From Basidiobolus ranarum (taxonomy: Eukaryota), in the NCBI GenBank assembly GCA_040143965.1, contig JASJQH010006876.1, forward strand, positions 1 through 64,000: 64,000 bases of DNA, given 5' to 3'. A program made the translations under genes and the position numbers. Below the pieces are notes generated by a model that was not told the DNA's origin, did not search any database, and was given only the letters and a program-made list of their open reading frames with translations. How positions within the stretch are numbered: position 1 is the first letter of the stretch; the number at the start of each line of letters is the position of its first letter. This document shows, piece after piece, positions 1 to 14,809 of the stretch.

Positions 1-135
1 CGGTGTGAGAAAAGGTCTCCAATTCCAAAAACTAGTACCTTTGTTCACTCATAGCATCTTGATTGGACAACTTAGCATTAATCAGAATCAAACGCAAGAG
101 AGCATGTAAAAGCAATATAGGTAACAAGTGAGTGT

Positions 136-990
136 TTAGAAGCACTAACCATGGAAGGGCTCGATTCACCATGTTCATCCTATATTTGCATTATATCAGC
201 TATACTAGTATCACAAGACACTATCAGAGTGATATCTCTAGGCCAGCAGAAGTGGCAGCATTTTCCATTTCCTGCTCGAAATCAAGTTCAACACAGCAGA
301 AATCTTCTTTGACATCGTTGGCGATATCACGCTTAGCATTGATGCTGAAAATAGAACCTTGTTCAGTAAGCAGTCTCATAAACCAGTTGATCGAGTCATA
401 GTCCACTAAATTAAGTCGAAAATCAGCGAGAGGTAGGGAATGTCTTTCGTATATGAGCGAAGTGCGAGTAACACTATCCCCAGAATACGATACTAGTAGT
501 ACATTGAGTGATAAGGTAGCTTCAATAGCGATGTAGAAAGTTGGAGTGTTGAACGTTTCGAACATGATTTGAGCCATCTTCTCACGGTTGTTTTAGGATT
601 AACAGGAGACTCAATTAAAAAGATAAGTGTTCTTCGGGGACATGATATTCATTGTGTGAAATAGTTCGTATATATTTTCAATGGATTTATGGTCAGATCT
701 TTTCCCTATCGTCCCTGTTTGTTATAATACTATGTTCAATACAATATCTCGGGTAGAAATACCGCTGGATTGACCTTTGTCCCTGATGTACGTTTGGCTC
801 GTACTGGACATAGCACCTGGACGGTATGGATGATCAACAATTGAGGAGAAGGCCTTAATCAGTGATCGTTTACAACATAAGCCTGAAAACCCCGCTTTGC
901 TAGACATTATCAATAAATAACTAATGAACAATTAGTATTTCTATACGAAGTTAGTGAGCGGATATAATGACTTGTAGCGGCAACTACTAT
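136..990 (-). pseudogene. Degraded actin pseudogene with frameshifts, stops and a large internal deletion
   Basis: Minus-strand fragments read as diverged actin in the correct order: IDN..KAGF..AFSSIVDHP (about 920-780), PEEH..ESPVNPK..REKMAQ (about 640-570), MAQIMFETFNTPTFYIAI...ELDFEQEMENAATS (577-224) and the actin C-terminus DEHGESSPSMV/CF-stop (182-136). The 5' end is approximate. Confidence 0.85.
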
Positions 991-1438
991 CTTTTGTTTT
1001 TATCGAACATTAATTGGTAAAAAACCATGTATGTGAATATTTTGTTCGGTGTCAATAGATAAATGATCCAGCTAAGCCTCCAAATAGTTTAATCAATCTT
1101 GAACGGCGAAAGTTACCATTGATTTTAATCAATTTAGCTTTATATTTTGCTTCAAGCTGTCAAACTTTCGCCACTGATTTTTAGAGTGATCATCCTGGGA
1201 TCCATCTGGTTGATGATCACTAAACATTTTCTCTTTTTGTAGTTTATTATATGGCGTAATGTTGTATATTACTATCAAGGCTTACAGGCACAATTAGTTT
1301 GTCTGTGTACGTGACAAATGTCTAGTTCAAGTAATCTAATATTCATTCTGTTTTGAATAGTTGTACTCTGGTTTACATGTTCTATAGGTTATTACTTTAC
1401 GATACAAGCTTTACACAATTGGTCACAAGAAAGCTTAA

Positions 1439-4264
1439 ATGATATACAAAATAAAATACAGTGAGTGCTATATTTATATATATCAACGTCCAATTGTTTA
1501 TCAACCCTGCTTTTTATTTAGACATGTCGAAGTTTCAACAGATACGAATGTGAACTTTGTTTCTCAGACTAATGTAAACTTGAATCTCTTCCCTTACGTG
1601 TCCAATTTATTTCAAATTCCAACGATTCTGTATATCATTAACCTAGGCCTTTAAAATCCGTGGAAGTACTTACGAGAAGGTTGACAGTGCGTATGTATTC
1701 AGTATCAAAACATTATATACTGTGTTTGGTCTAATCCATTAGTAGAACGAAAGAAATTATGAAAATAATTAATATTTCTTTGAAGCAAGAGGTATGTATC
1801 TCTACGCGATACAAATAAGTTCAACAATAACAGTGGTTTTAAATCCAAATTTAGCAACGTTCTCGAGTTAAATTTGAAAATCCAATTACGCCCACATATT
1901 CTTTTACCGGAAAAAATACACTTAAACACCAGAATGTAGACGAACCTGTTGTCAGAAAGCGCTCTAGAGAAGATGCGAAAAATCCAAGCCGGGTTAAAGA
2001 AGTGACGAAATCGTTTTTATTCCATCCAGATATTGAAGATCCTTGGAAAATCTTAGTACCACAAAGCGAAACCAACTATTTAGAAGAGATATCACAGTCT
2101 ACCAAAACAACTGCACTATTGGAGGATAGAGTAATCATGATAATGTAAAGTCTTGCCATATTTCAAATTATAACGATTCAACTTTGTGGTAGACCGTTAC
2201 TATTACTGGTACTAGTCTCGAGTGTATCGAAGAAGCTTTAGCCAGACTTGAAAATCTGCAATATCGCGCTGTAAGAGAATGATACTCTAACAACATGAAT
2301 TGAACTGAGAACTTACGTCTAATGCTTGTCCAATCCAGTTACAAGCGCCTTATAGGTATCAGCACATCCCGCTAGTACACTACCCGCATATTCAAGATCG
2401 CTTCAAATTATACTTTGTTAACTTCACAACAGCTGGTATAAACCTGACTTTTCCTTTCACTAGAAAGCATATACTCTCAGAGATATATCTACTTCTTCCG
2501 GTGACTGAGGATCGTAAAACTGGTTTGTGGTCTGGACCTGACGACATCCACCTCTCTTCGTTGAATAAGATCATTAGTTGTCAGAATGCCCTTACCAAGA
2601 GTTCATTGAATCGGGCAGAATCTATGGCTGTTGTTCAGGAAAGAAAGGTCCCCATAGTAAGAATATCCTGGAAAGATATTGACAAGTTCCACTCTGATGA
2701 AGTTGATGAACACTCAGCTTATCATACTTTGGCGAAGGAGATTGACAGAAGCCCATCCAATCTTGACTCAACCTCTGCTGACATTGATTCTGACATGAGC
2801 GAGAAACCAGATTTTATGAGCTTAGATCACAATACTGGTCACAAAACTAACTCCAAGTCAGCATATGGTATATCAAATGAAGCCGAGAAACGCTTTAATA
2901 AATCCCATGATATCTTGAAGCAAGAGTCTCCAGGAAAAATGTAAGTAATCACTTACTTGGCAGACAATGTATCGTATTAATATATTGCTGGAATTAGGCT
3001 TAAAGACTATAATTTCAACCAGATTAAATCTGCGTTTTACAGCGGGTAAGGACAGCGGCCTCTTATTCCCAGTATTACTTACTAACACAATGTGATTCTA
3101 TAGCCTAGATTATGTTCGCTATTTTCAGGGAGAAGTATCACTAGAAGCTAGGTTATTAGCTGCTCTTACATTCCGAGATATAAATGCCTTACGCCTCTTC
3201 GTAGAATTAACCAATTGTTTAGATTAGGGAAAGTTGCTTATCGAAACTTAAAGCCTGAACTAATGAAGAAATTATGGGAATATTCTGATCTTAAGAATAT
3301 CTTGCTAGAGGAGATGGAACTCAGGCCCATCTTTTCCAATATGTACGTATCTCTTTTCTCAGCAATGCCAATAATACTAACTTAAGTTTTCAGTGTGGCC
3401 ACCGAATACAAAACTATTAGACACCTTATAGAGCGCCTTGGCACAGGAAATCCCCGCCACCCGTATTATGTCATTGAGGCAGATGCTCGATCCAGCACCA
3501 ATACACACTACTGCCCAGTTCGGTTGCACATCAATGTCAACATGGTAAAACTGGAGAAAGTGGTGACCAAGAAGGACCGTGTATTAGATATTGATTGGAA
3601 CTCTCTTTCAAGGTATTTTTTATAACCCTACGTTTTAGCCGTGGATATTCACTCACTCGAACAGAGTCTACGATTTCCAGCTCAAGATTTGGACTCGAAA
3701 GCACTTACGCCATGATGCAAAGCCATATTCTACCTTCTTGAAAAACATATCAATCAAGTAACGATGAACATCTTTAAAAATGAGTGAACTATATTGCTAA
3801 CACCACTTTCACTTCACAAAGTCGAGATGATTTGAGAATCACGTACAAAGACATTCCTAACTTTATCCGGGTTAAGCGAATCAAACTCAAAAAGAAAATA
3901 TTCTATAAGATCAACGATCATTTCACCCTTGAGTTGACATTTGTTACGCTGCTAAACTCTAACGAGAGCTTTTGCGGGAGGATGGAGGCAGACCCATCGA
4001 AGGGTGAGAGCTACTTTACAATGCGGGTAAGATCACATAAATCGAAAGACTTTCATATGATATAGATTTGACTTTTTGTTACAGGTAAGTAGTCACTTTT
4101 GGGACTCCCGCACATGTCACAATCTTTCGCTTAGTCCTGGTGACGTACCATCTTGGTCAGTTGATGAGCTTGTCGGTGGGCCAACTTGCCGTCATCTTAT
4201 ACAACTGGTCCGAACGATGATTATCTTAGTAGAACAGGCTCAAACACAGAGACATGATGCATAG
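1439..4264 (+). CDS. Multi-exon conserved fungal hypothetical protein (possible KH-like N-terminal part; C-terminal part resembles fungal DUF7905-type domains)
   Basis: Consecutive exons with GT-AG introns join in frame in the 3' half: LGKVAYRNLKPE...RPIFSN, VATEYK..., VYDFQLKIWTRK, RVKRIKLKKKIFYK..., VSSHFWD...NLSLSPGDVPSW...HDA-stop at 4264. The 5' exons and start are uncertain, and the family assignment is tentative. Confidence 0.6.
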
Positions 4265-5497
4265 AATACGAGCAGATGGTTGTTACGCAAAGAACTTCAT
4301 CTACTGATTATACGAATTCTATGGGCAACGTGCAACTTTGAAACATCTAACTCGAATGTAATAAACTAATAGCAACACTTGAGCAACGTCCACCGATATC
4401 AAATGTATATATAATCTGAGCATCATCAACCATTCAGGGGGAGAATACTCCAATCCATAACTTCAACAAATCAAAGTATCTTGACCAATGAAGTGGGAAT
4501 GTCTAGAGAAACAATGGCTTATTAACAAAGATCTTAGGTTGACTTTATGATGTTGCATATGCAGCGCTTGACATAAAACAATTATCATGTGTAAATTGGT
4601 CGGTGATGGAAGTGATCTTAGGGTAGTTCTAACAACGAGCAAAGACTGTCTTTGTGAGCTCGACTTGATTGAAACGAATGAAGGCGATTCACGAGCAAAT
4701 ATTCCCCAGATCACACATACTTCCAACTTGTTGGTACGGCATTGTCGAATCAGCAATCGCCTGGCTGCACCTGTAAAGAAATAAAAGTTTCAAACCTCGT
4801 TTCCTTAGCAACCAAGTACAACCATTAATGCTGTGGTCGTATCAAGAATGACCCGACCGGATATTTTTAGTCATGAACATCGCCAGTCTTGAACTGTTTT
4901 TAAATGCCTATATTTCGTTGATTGGGTAATGATACCATTCTTTGTTATTCAAAAAGGGGGTTAGTTACTGGAGCCTTATCCCAATAAACAATAGCGATCA
5001 TTAGTAGACTAAATTATAGGTACAGCTACTAGCAGTCAGATCACGATGTTATATCAATCGTAGATTTCCCTCACGCAGATATTTCATTGTATTAAATGTA
5101 AAACGAAAAAACACGCAGGATACCTATATGCATGTTAGTAATCCGTGATCTTTAACTGTCTCACTGTAGCTGTTTCTATCTCTTCCCGTTCTTTCTTCTC
5201 CACTTTGTCTCTACCTCCTCCGCCTCCTTCTTCAATCAATTGAATATTTCAGCTAGTTGATTAGCTTCGTTTGATACTCCAGAAACTAAAGATTTCGTAC
5301 TAGTTAGTGTTTTTGCAAACTGCTTTTACATATTTTTAACCTAGTGCTGTGTATTTCATTCAAACAATCAACCTTAGCCTCATATCAATTTGGTCTAGCG
5401 CATCTCCCCTGTATTCGCAATCAGTTACCATTAGTAAGGTAGTTTAATACAGGGACTCGATTTCTTCAATTCCAACAGAATTGAGAGACAAATAGAA

Positions 5498-6836
5498 ATG
5501 CACGAGAATACATATGAAAAGCACATGGATTCAACACAGTTCGAAGGTATTGATGTGAAGAAGGAACAAGACGCAACTAAACTCAATAATAGTCACTATG
5601 TTATGTGGAATTATATGGACGAGAAATTGGTTATAAATGACCCCAAACTCCCAACACTTGACCAGGTTCTCTCAAGAAAAACCACACCGCCGGTTTGTCT
5701 ATACAACTACTACCTATTTCTACGTGACACTCATCGTTCAGTAGAGAATCTGGATTTTTGGTTGGATGTGGTCGCTCACGAAAACCTTTGTAAATTATAT
5801 TGCAAAGAGCTACTCTTTAATTTGAACGAATCTCAGAACCAGCCATTTGTTCCCGTGGATAATCTTGGATCAGTAAATAGCTGTAAACTTAGCCTTAAAG
5901 AAGTATCAAATGAGCTCAGGTATAGTCTGATAAGCGGAGCAAGTACAGAAAAACGATCTAGCTCCAACGCTAAATCAGCAATAGACTCGGATGTCGCAGA
6001 TTCATCATTTCAGACCCCTCCTAAAGAGCCCTCGTCTGAAAATTCAGCGGATCCATATGTCAACAGACGAATTGCGTCTGAAATACCGCTCAGACAAACT
6101 GAGAACAAAGTCAAGCGAGATGACTTGCGACAATCTGCAGAGAAAATTTATTACAAATACATCGTATCTGGTGCTGAAAAAGAATTAGTGCTTCCAGAAA
6201 TGATCAGGCATCGAATCTGCCATATGATAGAAATAGATCATCGAGATGATCCCGAGGTTTTTTTAGAGGCCAAACTTTTTGTATTCGACTGTATGGCACA
6301 AGACTCCTTTCCCAGGTTTATTCGAGCAAGAGCGTATTCCAATCTTGTTACTCTACATGCTATGTTTCGGCTAGTGTTGGGTCTTTTTATCTTGTTTCTT
6401 GGCTTTACAGTTGAGTTTACGTTCATATTTCTGGACTATCAACCAAAGCTCATGCGACTCTGGGTATGTGTACTGGTATTTACTTGGGAAAACAAACGTT
6501 ATATTTAAACATTTGTCCATTTATCTAGGGCTTCATTCCTATATGGCTTGGAATATTGAATATTTTTGTACACCAGAAGCGATTTTCGCCTCTTTTGACT
6601 GTTCTTGGGATTAGGTAATGATATCTCTACTAAGATCTCTCTATAACTTAATCTAACCAAAGTGCCTCTTTCATGAATCATTTAGTGAAAAGAGTCTCCT
6701 CCATTTCAATCGAATCAAAGACTCGCATATTCGACATCTTCACATAATTCAAGCGCTTCAAATCACATGTTTTACATTGGTTATTAGCGCAATTGTGGTG
6801 GCTATATTCTATGTAATACCAGGTCACCGCCTATAG
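5498..6836 (+). CDS. RAX1: Rax1-like bud-site/polarity protein (RGS domain plus C-terminal transmembrane helices)
   Basis: LPTLDQVLSRKTTPPVCLYNYY..RSVENLDFWLDV and SAEKIYYKYIVSGAEKELVLP form the RGS domain, followed by hydrophobic segments. Exons are about 5498-6462, 6529-6614 and 6685-6836, ending PGHRL-stop. Confidence 0.8.
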
Positions 6837-7609
6837 TAGAACAATCTCTACATACTTCTATCATCTACGAGACTTTTTTTCAAAGCCCTGATTTAAAGTA
6901 CAAGCAGCTTACAATACCGTATAAAATGCAGATAACCCAACTTGCTGGTCAAGAGTAATGTTCTTGATTGGATTCTCGCATAATTCAACTCAGTTTGAAG
7001 TTTAGGCTAATCTCTGAGCTCTGAAGCTTCTGAGAGAACCATTACAAAATAGCTTGGTTCAGGGGATTGATACTATGTTCTTCCCGGAACCTTTATTTGC
7101 TTTTGTTTTAGAACTCTATATGTATTACATTGTTAATTTGTTCATAGCTTTTGGGTGTACAAACTTCACGTCATAACTTTGTTCATATCAGTAATCCATT
7201 ATTTTGATTGAGTTTAAATTTCAATATAATAATGTTACTTTTCTCTATAGACATTTCCCGTCCATATCACAAACAGATCGACTCCAAGTAAACATTTGTC
7301 AAGTACAATTTCCCAATTCATCATTGGTCTTTATACCAGCTTCAAATCCGATGGAGAAGTCCAAATAGAATTTTGAATGCAATAAAATCTTTATGCTTCA
7401 AATTTTGTAAATAATTTCAGTTATAGTGATCGAAAATATTTATTTTCTCTATGTCAAACAAGGTCGATATCTTTATTTAGTTTACAATTGGTAACGTGAA
7501 GGGGATATGGAAGTGGAAGGCTCTAATAAGGAAGCGAATGCGTAATAACGTCGAAAAGGATGTTGTGAAGGTCGGAGGATATGTAATCTTAGTCATTTTC
7601 GAATTGAGA

Positions 7610-8428
<819 letters not shown>

Positions 8429-9118
8429 ACGTTAAGTTTGAAGGAAGGATTGTGACGGTAATTGTGATGTAGAAACGCAAAAGTGAAATATATATGAGGA
8501 ATCCATCACAAATCTATTACCACTTTATAAAGAACACTTCACACCATTGGACCAAAAATAGCGAATCAAGAGTAAACAAAAATTCAAGGGATATGATTGG
8601 ATGCAGCGAATGGAAACGTACGAGAAAAAACAAACATCAGAAAAAGCAATAATAGACCAATAAATAAATGAATTTTGACGCGTTAATACGCGAATTGGTT
8701 TGTTAATGGTATTTCGTGTTGATTCTGAAGAATAGTTAGACAATATCATGGGTTAGAAATCAAACTATATTTAAATTTACTAAAAATTTGATTTTCCTAG
8801 TTGAATTTTTAACGCCAACACTGGTAGAGCTACTATTTTTAGTTTAATCATTTTGCAAGTAATGGTAGATTTTTTGCTTCTACGTTCACTTGACTCAATA
8901 AACAAAGATATCCTATTTTCGAGATGTAGCGATTCATGTACTGATAGACTGTATGGGTGGTAAAACATCATTTATCGGATTGTGGGATGGGGATGAATTA
9001 TATATTTACTGCAAAATTTATCTTGAGAAATTACTTTACATATCAGTTACTTTGATAATTCTTGGTTTCTTTCTGTAAATCAGTAAAACCTGGTGAACTC
9101 ATAGAACTATTTTCTAGT

Positions 9119-10633
9119 ATGTCTACAGGTTAGTAAGTCATTTTTTTGTTTGACACATCCCAAATTTAAGTTGTTACAAATAATACTTATATACTCTCTA
9201 AAAATCTCTGTAGGTATTGCGCTAAAAGTCGATTTCAACGTGAAGAAATACTTCCATGATCTGATGTCAAATGATTCGGTATACTATTGATCCGATATTT
9301 ATGCTTAGGAGTTGTTAGACTTCGTTTTGCGATGACATTTAGCTAATGTATAATTTCGCGTAGGACATTTCTATGCCGGTTGCTGCCATATTATCTCTCG
9401 TTGAAGTAATTAAGCACAGCAAAGGTATATACTACCTCCATATTTATTGAAATAGAAAATACTAGAATGATCACTCATTCTGACTATAATATAATCAGCA
9501 AGTACTATGTCGGAATTTATGCAGATGTTGGAGGAAGCCAGTTTAAGCTTAAAAACCTCTACTCGAAACTCTATATCACTCTCTGCTGGATGTGATTTAT
9601 ATATGCGTTTTGTTACCAGAACCATCCATGATCTATCGGTATTGTGTTTTCTAACGGTGTTTGTTTATCTACCACCACTTTTCTAACTTATTTTTATGCT
9701 ATTAGGACTTTGAGGCCTGTAAAAATCATCTCATTGCGCGTGGAAAACTATTTAAAGAAAAGGCCACCGATTGTCGTAAAAGTATTGCCTCATTAGGTTG
9801 CCAATTTATCAAAGACGATGAGGTATTGTGTATGTGTAGATCAATCTGTCAATCACTCTTATGTTAAACTGTTTTTACATAGACAATCTTGATCCACTCA
9901 TTTTCTCGAGTAGTAATGCTACTGTTACTGAAAGCTGCTTCACAAAACAAGCGGTTCAGAGTCTATGTCACTGAATCGAGACCATTATGCAAAGGGTAAA
10001 GTTATCTGTCACGCAAATCATTTCGACGTAGGCATTAATAAGAACATATTTGTGTATCCTAGATTGGAAGCTGCTAAAGTTTTACGTGAAGCTGGGATTC
10101 CAACAACCATTATTTTGGATACTGCTGTAGGATATATCATGGAAAAAGTTGATGCTGTCTTTGTAGGCGCTGAGGGCGTCGTGGAGAATGGCGGTGTCAT
10201 CAACCAGGTACATATATTGTATATTTCACGTATAAACATATGGATATTCATTCTTCATTTTGTAAGATTGGAACCTATCAATTGGCCATTGTAGCCAAGG
10301 CTGCCAATAAGCCATTTTATGTTGTAGCTGAGAGCTTCAAATTCGTTCGTCTATTCCCTTTGAACCAATACGACCTACCCACCATCACACTCAACACCCT
10401 AAGCTTCGATGACATCGACCAACCAAACGATACCGAGTATCTCGAAGAAACTGCCTACGTCGTAAGTTACCATATATTAACCCTACTTATGGACATATAC
10501 TTAGTACATTTTACAGGCCAAGAATCCATGCGTTGACTACACCCCACCCGAGTATGTAACCCTGCTTTTCACCGATCTCGGTGTTCTCACCCCTAGTGGA
10601 GTCAGTGACGAGTTAATTAAACTCCATTACTAG
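9119..10633 (+). CDS. GCN3: Translation initiation factor eIF2B subunit alpha
   Basis: Nine exons join in frame: [82 protein letters not shown]. Confidence 0.93.
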
Positions 10634-11494
10634 AATCGTGTTGCAATTCTCATACAGAATGATGATTCTAGTATAAAACTGCTCACATTTGATACCATAA
10701 GCTTTTGTTTTCCTCAATGGCATCTAGATAGATATTTTGATTAGGTTTTTCATGTTAGATTTTCGTATTATACAGCAGCTAATAAATCATGGTCATGATG
10801 AGTTGTAATGGCTAAAATATACACACTCGGAAAAAAATGACCATGGCTCGAATGCCACGGAAGTTTCACCATTATTCCGGAGATTATTTAATAGATGACA
10901 GCAAGAGTATAGGCCTGGCAACAATCGTTTGTCTGGTAATGCAAGAGTTGGCCTACTAAAACTAGAACATTTTATCTTGGTAAAAGCAAGACTCAGCATG
11001 TTCCAAAAGCAATTATGGATGATAAATTTATCAGGACCTCTATATTCACCAACATGCGCTGAAGAACATGTTATGAAAGGGAGTAGGATTAGTAGATGAA
11101 ATGCCGAAGTGTGTATGTTCGGAGTTCAGATTAACTTTTTTACTCTAAATCTTCATGCCTTACCTAATCTAGCACAAATAATAGAAAAGACACCTTGGTG
11201 TACTAGTACGACAATACATTAACTCAAGTTACTTGCTACAAAGCAAAACGGGCATTCGCTTGCCCTAACCCCAAGTACGGAGTTATTGGGTAAAATGACG
11301 ATCTAATCAAGCTGGATTTGGGTGAGGCTCAGAATTCAAGTATGCAAATATAGGAATCTCTTACTAAGCTACCTAATCTTGTAAATCAACAACAACGATT
11401 GAGCTTATAAGGCTATGCATTTGTCTCGACGCTTTCTTGATATTAATTCCCAAATTTATGGTTTCCAATTAGGGAGCTTAAAATTGCTGAGATC

Positions 11495-12560
11495 CTTTCA
11501 CATGTCTTCTACGGTTTGTCTCATGTTGCAGCAATGATTGCTCACCCAACCTGCATGGCCCCTATCGCTTTGTGTAATAAGGTGAATAAATATGTGATCA
11601 ACCAATTACATAGCTGATGTTGTCACGTTTGGAACCTGTGCCAATACTGTGTAGGTTTTTCTGACCTTCACCATCCCTGACATGTGAAGAACAAAAGGTT
11701 AATCAATCAGCTGTCATTTACAAGATATATATATATATTATGCTATCATAATAATTCCTTATTCAACCGACGCCAGATGATAGATAGGTTCCCAGATAAT
11801 TCAGATTGATGTCTGTCTAGGCTGCTTTGAATCTTTACCATAGGTTTAGGCTAGACCTACATGTGTATCTGAGGCTTTGGAAAGAAACCTGTGTTGAATT
11901 AAAGAAGGGATTTTTCCGCTGAAAGCTCATCCCTTCAGTCGACGGGTATTCACGCCTGTTATGGAATCCAATAGCTGACATATGCAAGCAGTAATAGTTC
12001 AGATGATTACACTTTTTTTTCATCGGAATCGTGCAACCACGTAAGGGCAAAGATGTAGTATTCAAACTCCCTTTTGGACCCTTAGTGAATTGAGGCAACC
12101 CTGGAACAATCTAACCTTTGCCCCAAAATGTAACCTCTGCGCTTACATGTGAAAACTCGGGAATAGAAGGGGAAGTCACAGGGATTTTGCTATTAGCAGT
12201 GCAATGGTTGTTTTCTTGTAGTCGTGTGCTCTCACATGCCTGGTGTGTGTCCAATAATATGGCTTAGGAAATCTAGAAACAGCCATCACAGGGAGTTTCT
12301 TGTTGGTGGGTAATTGCCGATGTCCAATCAAACACCTGTGAAAATAATTGGATAATCTCGTGAATAGATGCAGCCAATAAACAAGCTGCACTAATCGTCA
12401 TTATCTGTTATTGCTGGCAATGACTATGATTTCATTCTAGACGTGATTGGCTACGTGGATATCACACTACCTAACTCCCTACAGTATGGGCTAGCTCAAG
12501 TGCTATACGTTTCCGTCCAGAGAGATTGAGTTTCACGTGCGATTTGGCTCTTTCACATGT
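11495..12560. promoter_or_regulatory. Cluster of E-box/ICRE-like sites (TCACATG/TCACGTG) and CCAAT boxes upstream of the bHLH gene
   Basis: CACATG/CATGTG at 11499, 11681, 11860, 12146, 12233 and 12554, and CACGTG at 12534. CCAAT/ATTGG occurs near 12251, 12324, 12375 and 12446. Confidence 0.5.
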
Positions 12561-13019
12561 CACTCGGTCACTTTTATGGGATTAGCCACCAGGGTCGTTG
12601 ATGGCCTATTTTCACTCTAAATGCACTTTGCTATCTTTTCAAACGGTATTCTGCACCGCGAAGGCGCCAATGGCAGTTGTTGCCCCGAAAATGATTGGCC
12701 AGAAAACACCCACCATCGGATCACTTGGAAATAAACAAGTCCCCACGGTTTGTTCCACTGGTATTATTGGCATCCATATAGGGCTTTTTCTCCAAAATCA
12801 TATGAAAATATTGACTCCATTCATATGCAATCAGTTGAGAGCGATTATTACTTATTTAGAAATATCGATATTTCAGACACCAATTTTCATATGATTTTGA
12901 TGGTGATCGCCTGTTCAACCCCTTTTCATATTCCGTTTTTTCTATAATATGTCCCTTGCTGCCCACACGGAATTTCAATTGCTAAACTTCCATCTTCCTG
13001 TATCATTTTATCATTCATT

Positions 13020-13757
13020 ATGGGTAAACAACGTTCTCTTAGACCCAGTGCCAAAAGTATGTCTCCTGTCACTAATATTGAGTCTTCTCCCTCACCACCT
13101 TTGTCCCCATCTGCCAATAATTCTCAATCCGCCTCCCCTACGATAGCACCAAACCAACCTGGTGCTGCCAATGGACGCTATGAGCGTATTCTACCAAAGT
13201 ACCACCATGTCCCAATGGTTCCTCAATATGCAATTCCTATGGTGCCTGCCCATCCTGCTTTCCCTTACCCCTATCCTTTCCCGACACCGATGTCTGGTGT
13301 GTATTCTCGTGTCTCTGAGGAGCGTCAGGAGAAAGAAATGCTTCGCAAGGTATCCCATTCGGCCATTGAGCGTCGTCGTCGTGAGCGTATTAACGACAAG
13401 ATTTTTCAACTGAAGACACTGGTCCCTAGTTGTGCCAACCAAGTCAACCTACACAAGTTGTCAATCTTGGAATCCGCCATCGATTACATTCAGGAGCTTC
13501 AAGGCCGTTTGATGCAAGCTGGTCAACCTTCTACTGAGCGTAGCTGCATCAAAAGAGAGTCACCCGTGTTCAGCACGCAAACCGAATCCAGAGAAGATAA
13601 GGAAGAATCTACTCCTGTATTTGAGGATGCCAACAACCTTCTTATGCTCGCTGGCAATTCGCCCGAGTCTAGTTCCGATCAGTATTGCTATCCGGAGTCT
13701 ACAAGTATGGATTCCGCACGCAAGCCTAGGATGAGTGTGTATGACCTTCTGTGTTGA
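13020..13757 (+). CDS. bHLH transcription factor (HER-type basic region, predicted CACGTG/CACATG binder)
   Basis: Single-exon 245 aa ORF containing RKVSHSAIERRRRERINDKIFQLKTLVP...LHKLSILESAIDYIQELQ. Confidence 0.92.
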   Translation: MGKQRSLRPSAKSMSPVTNIESSPSPPLSPSANNSQSASPTIAPNQPGAANGRYERILPKYHHVPMVPQYAIPMVPAHPAFPYPYPFPTPMSGVYSRVSEERQEKEMLRKVSHSAIERRRRERINDKIFQLKTLVPSCANQVNLHKLSILESAIDYIQELQGRLMQAGQPSTERSCIKRESPVFSTQTESREDKEESTPVFEDANNLLMLAGNSPESSSDQYCYPESTSMDSARKPRMSVYDLLC

Positions 13758-14809
13758 GTCGATATCCGATTCACACACTCAATGATATCCGCATGCGTCC
13801 ATTTTGTTTTTATACTCCACACTTTACAAATAATTGCAATCTCCGAACATTTCCCATAGACATGCGGGTCAAACTGAACAGCAATTATCTCGCATATCGA
13901 TCGAGTTTCTTGCTACCTTTGATCCGTCCACCCACCCACGTACTCAGTACAAACAAATGCTTTATCTAGCATGAATTTCCCATAGCTATGATGAGTATTT
14001 TCCCAGCCATCATCACATCCTGTATTATTTCAACCTTGTAATTTACTTTTCCTTTCATATTTACTCGATATTTCTAATTTTTGCTCATTTTGAATAATAA
14101 ATCAACTGATAATCAGCCATCATGAGAGGCAAAAATAAGAAACCATTGGGCTAGTTCTATCTTCGTGTCATGTATCAGTCCTGGGATTTTGAATCACGTA
14201 GAGCGTGGGAGATCCTAAACACCTACACGGTCATGACTAAACATGATCACTCCTTGGCAGTTTTCTGTAAAACAGGGTCCAAAAACCTGATGGTAATTAT
14301 GGATATTACAAATGTATACATCATCTTCGATATGGAAAGTCACTCGAGGTTTCAGTATAAGAGTTTGAAAGTTAATGACGCCAACAAATATTGATTGGTT
14401 CGTGCTTATTCTCTTTAGCTTTAACCAAATATACATTTAGAGCTCAGAGTTGATGAGGCAAGGCAGGACCCTGGATGATCTGAAATTTAGTGACAACATG
14501 AAAGCCTGGTTAGATACTAATGCGCCATCTGAGTCAAACTTGTATGGAGTTATGATTAGCCTAATAGTAATGCCACTCAGCTTATTTAAACCATCTTCGT
14601 CAAAGTAAGTTTAGTTTAATCAGTTTAGATTAAACTTAATTGAAGTATGTTAAACAAGATTTAAAATTCAAAATATCTTCAACAGAATTAGCAAATCAAT
14701 ATTTTTGATGAATTTTTCTACACATCCAACAAAATTCTACCATCAACGAAGTTTTATTCATTTCATAAGTTTCTCTTTTCCTCTTTGTATTTTACACACA
14801 TACATTATC

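Noticed and set aside
8678-8693. Paired ACGCGT/ACGCGA (MCB-like) sites between the E2 and GCN3 genes
   Set aside because: Only two short motifs, and the flanking genes are not typical G1/S targets, so chance cannot be excluded.
14613-14636. 9-bp inverted repeat AGTTTAATC...GATTAAACT
   Set aside because: Short and AT-rich, so expected by chance.
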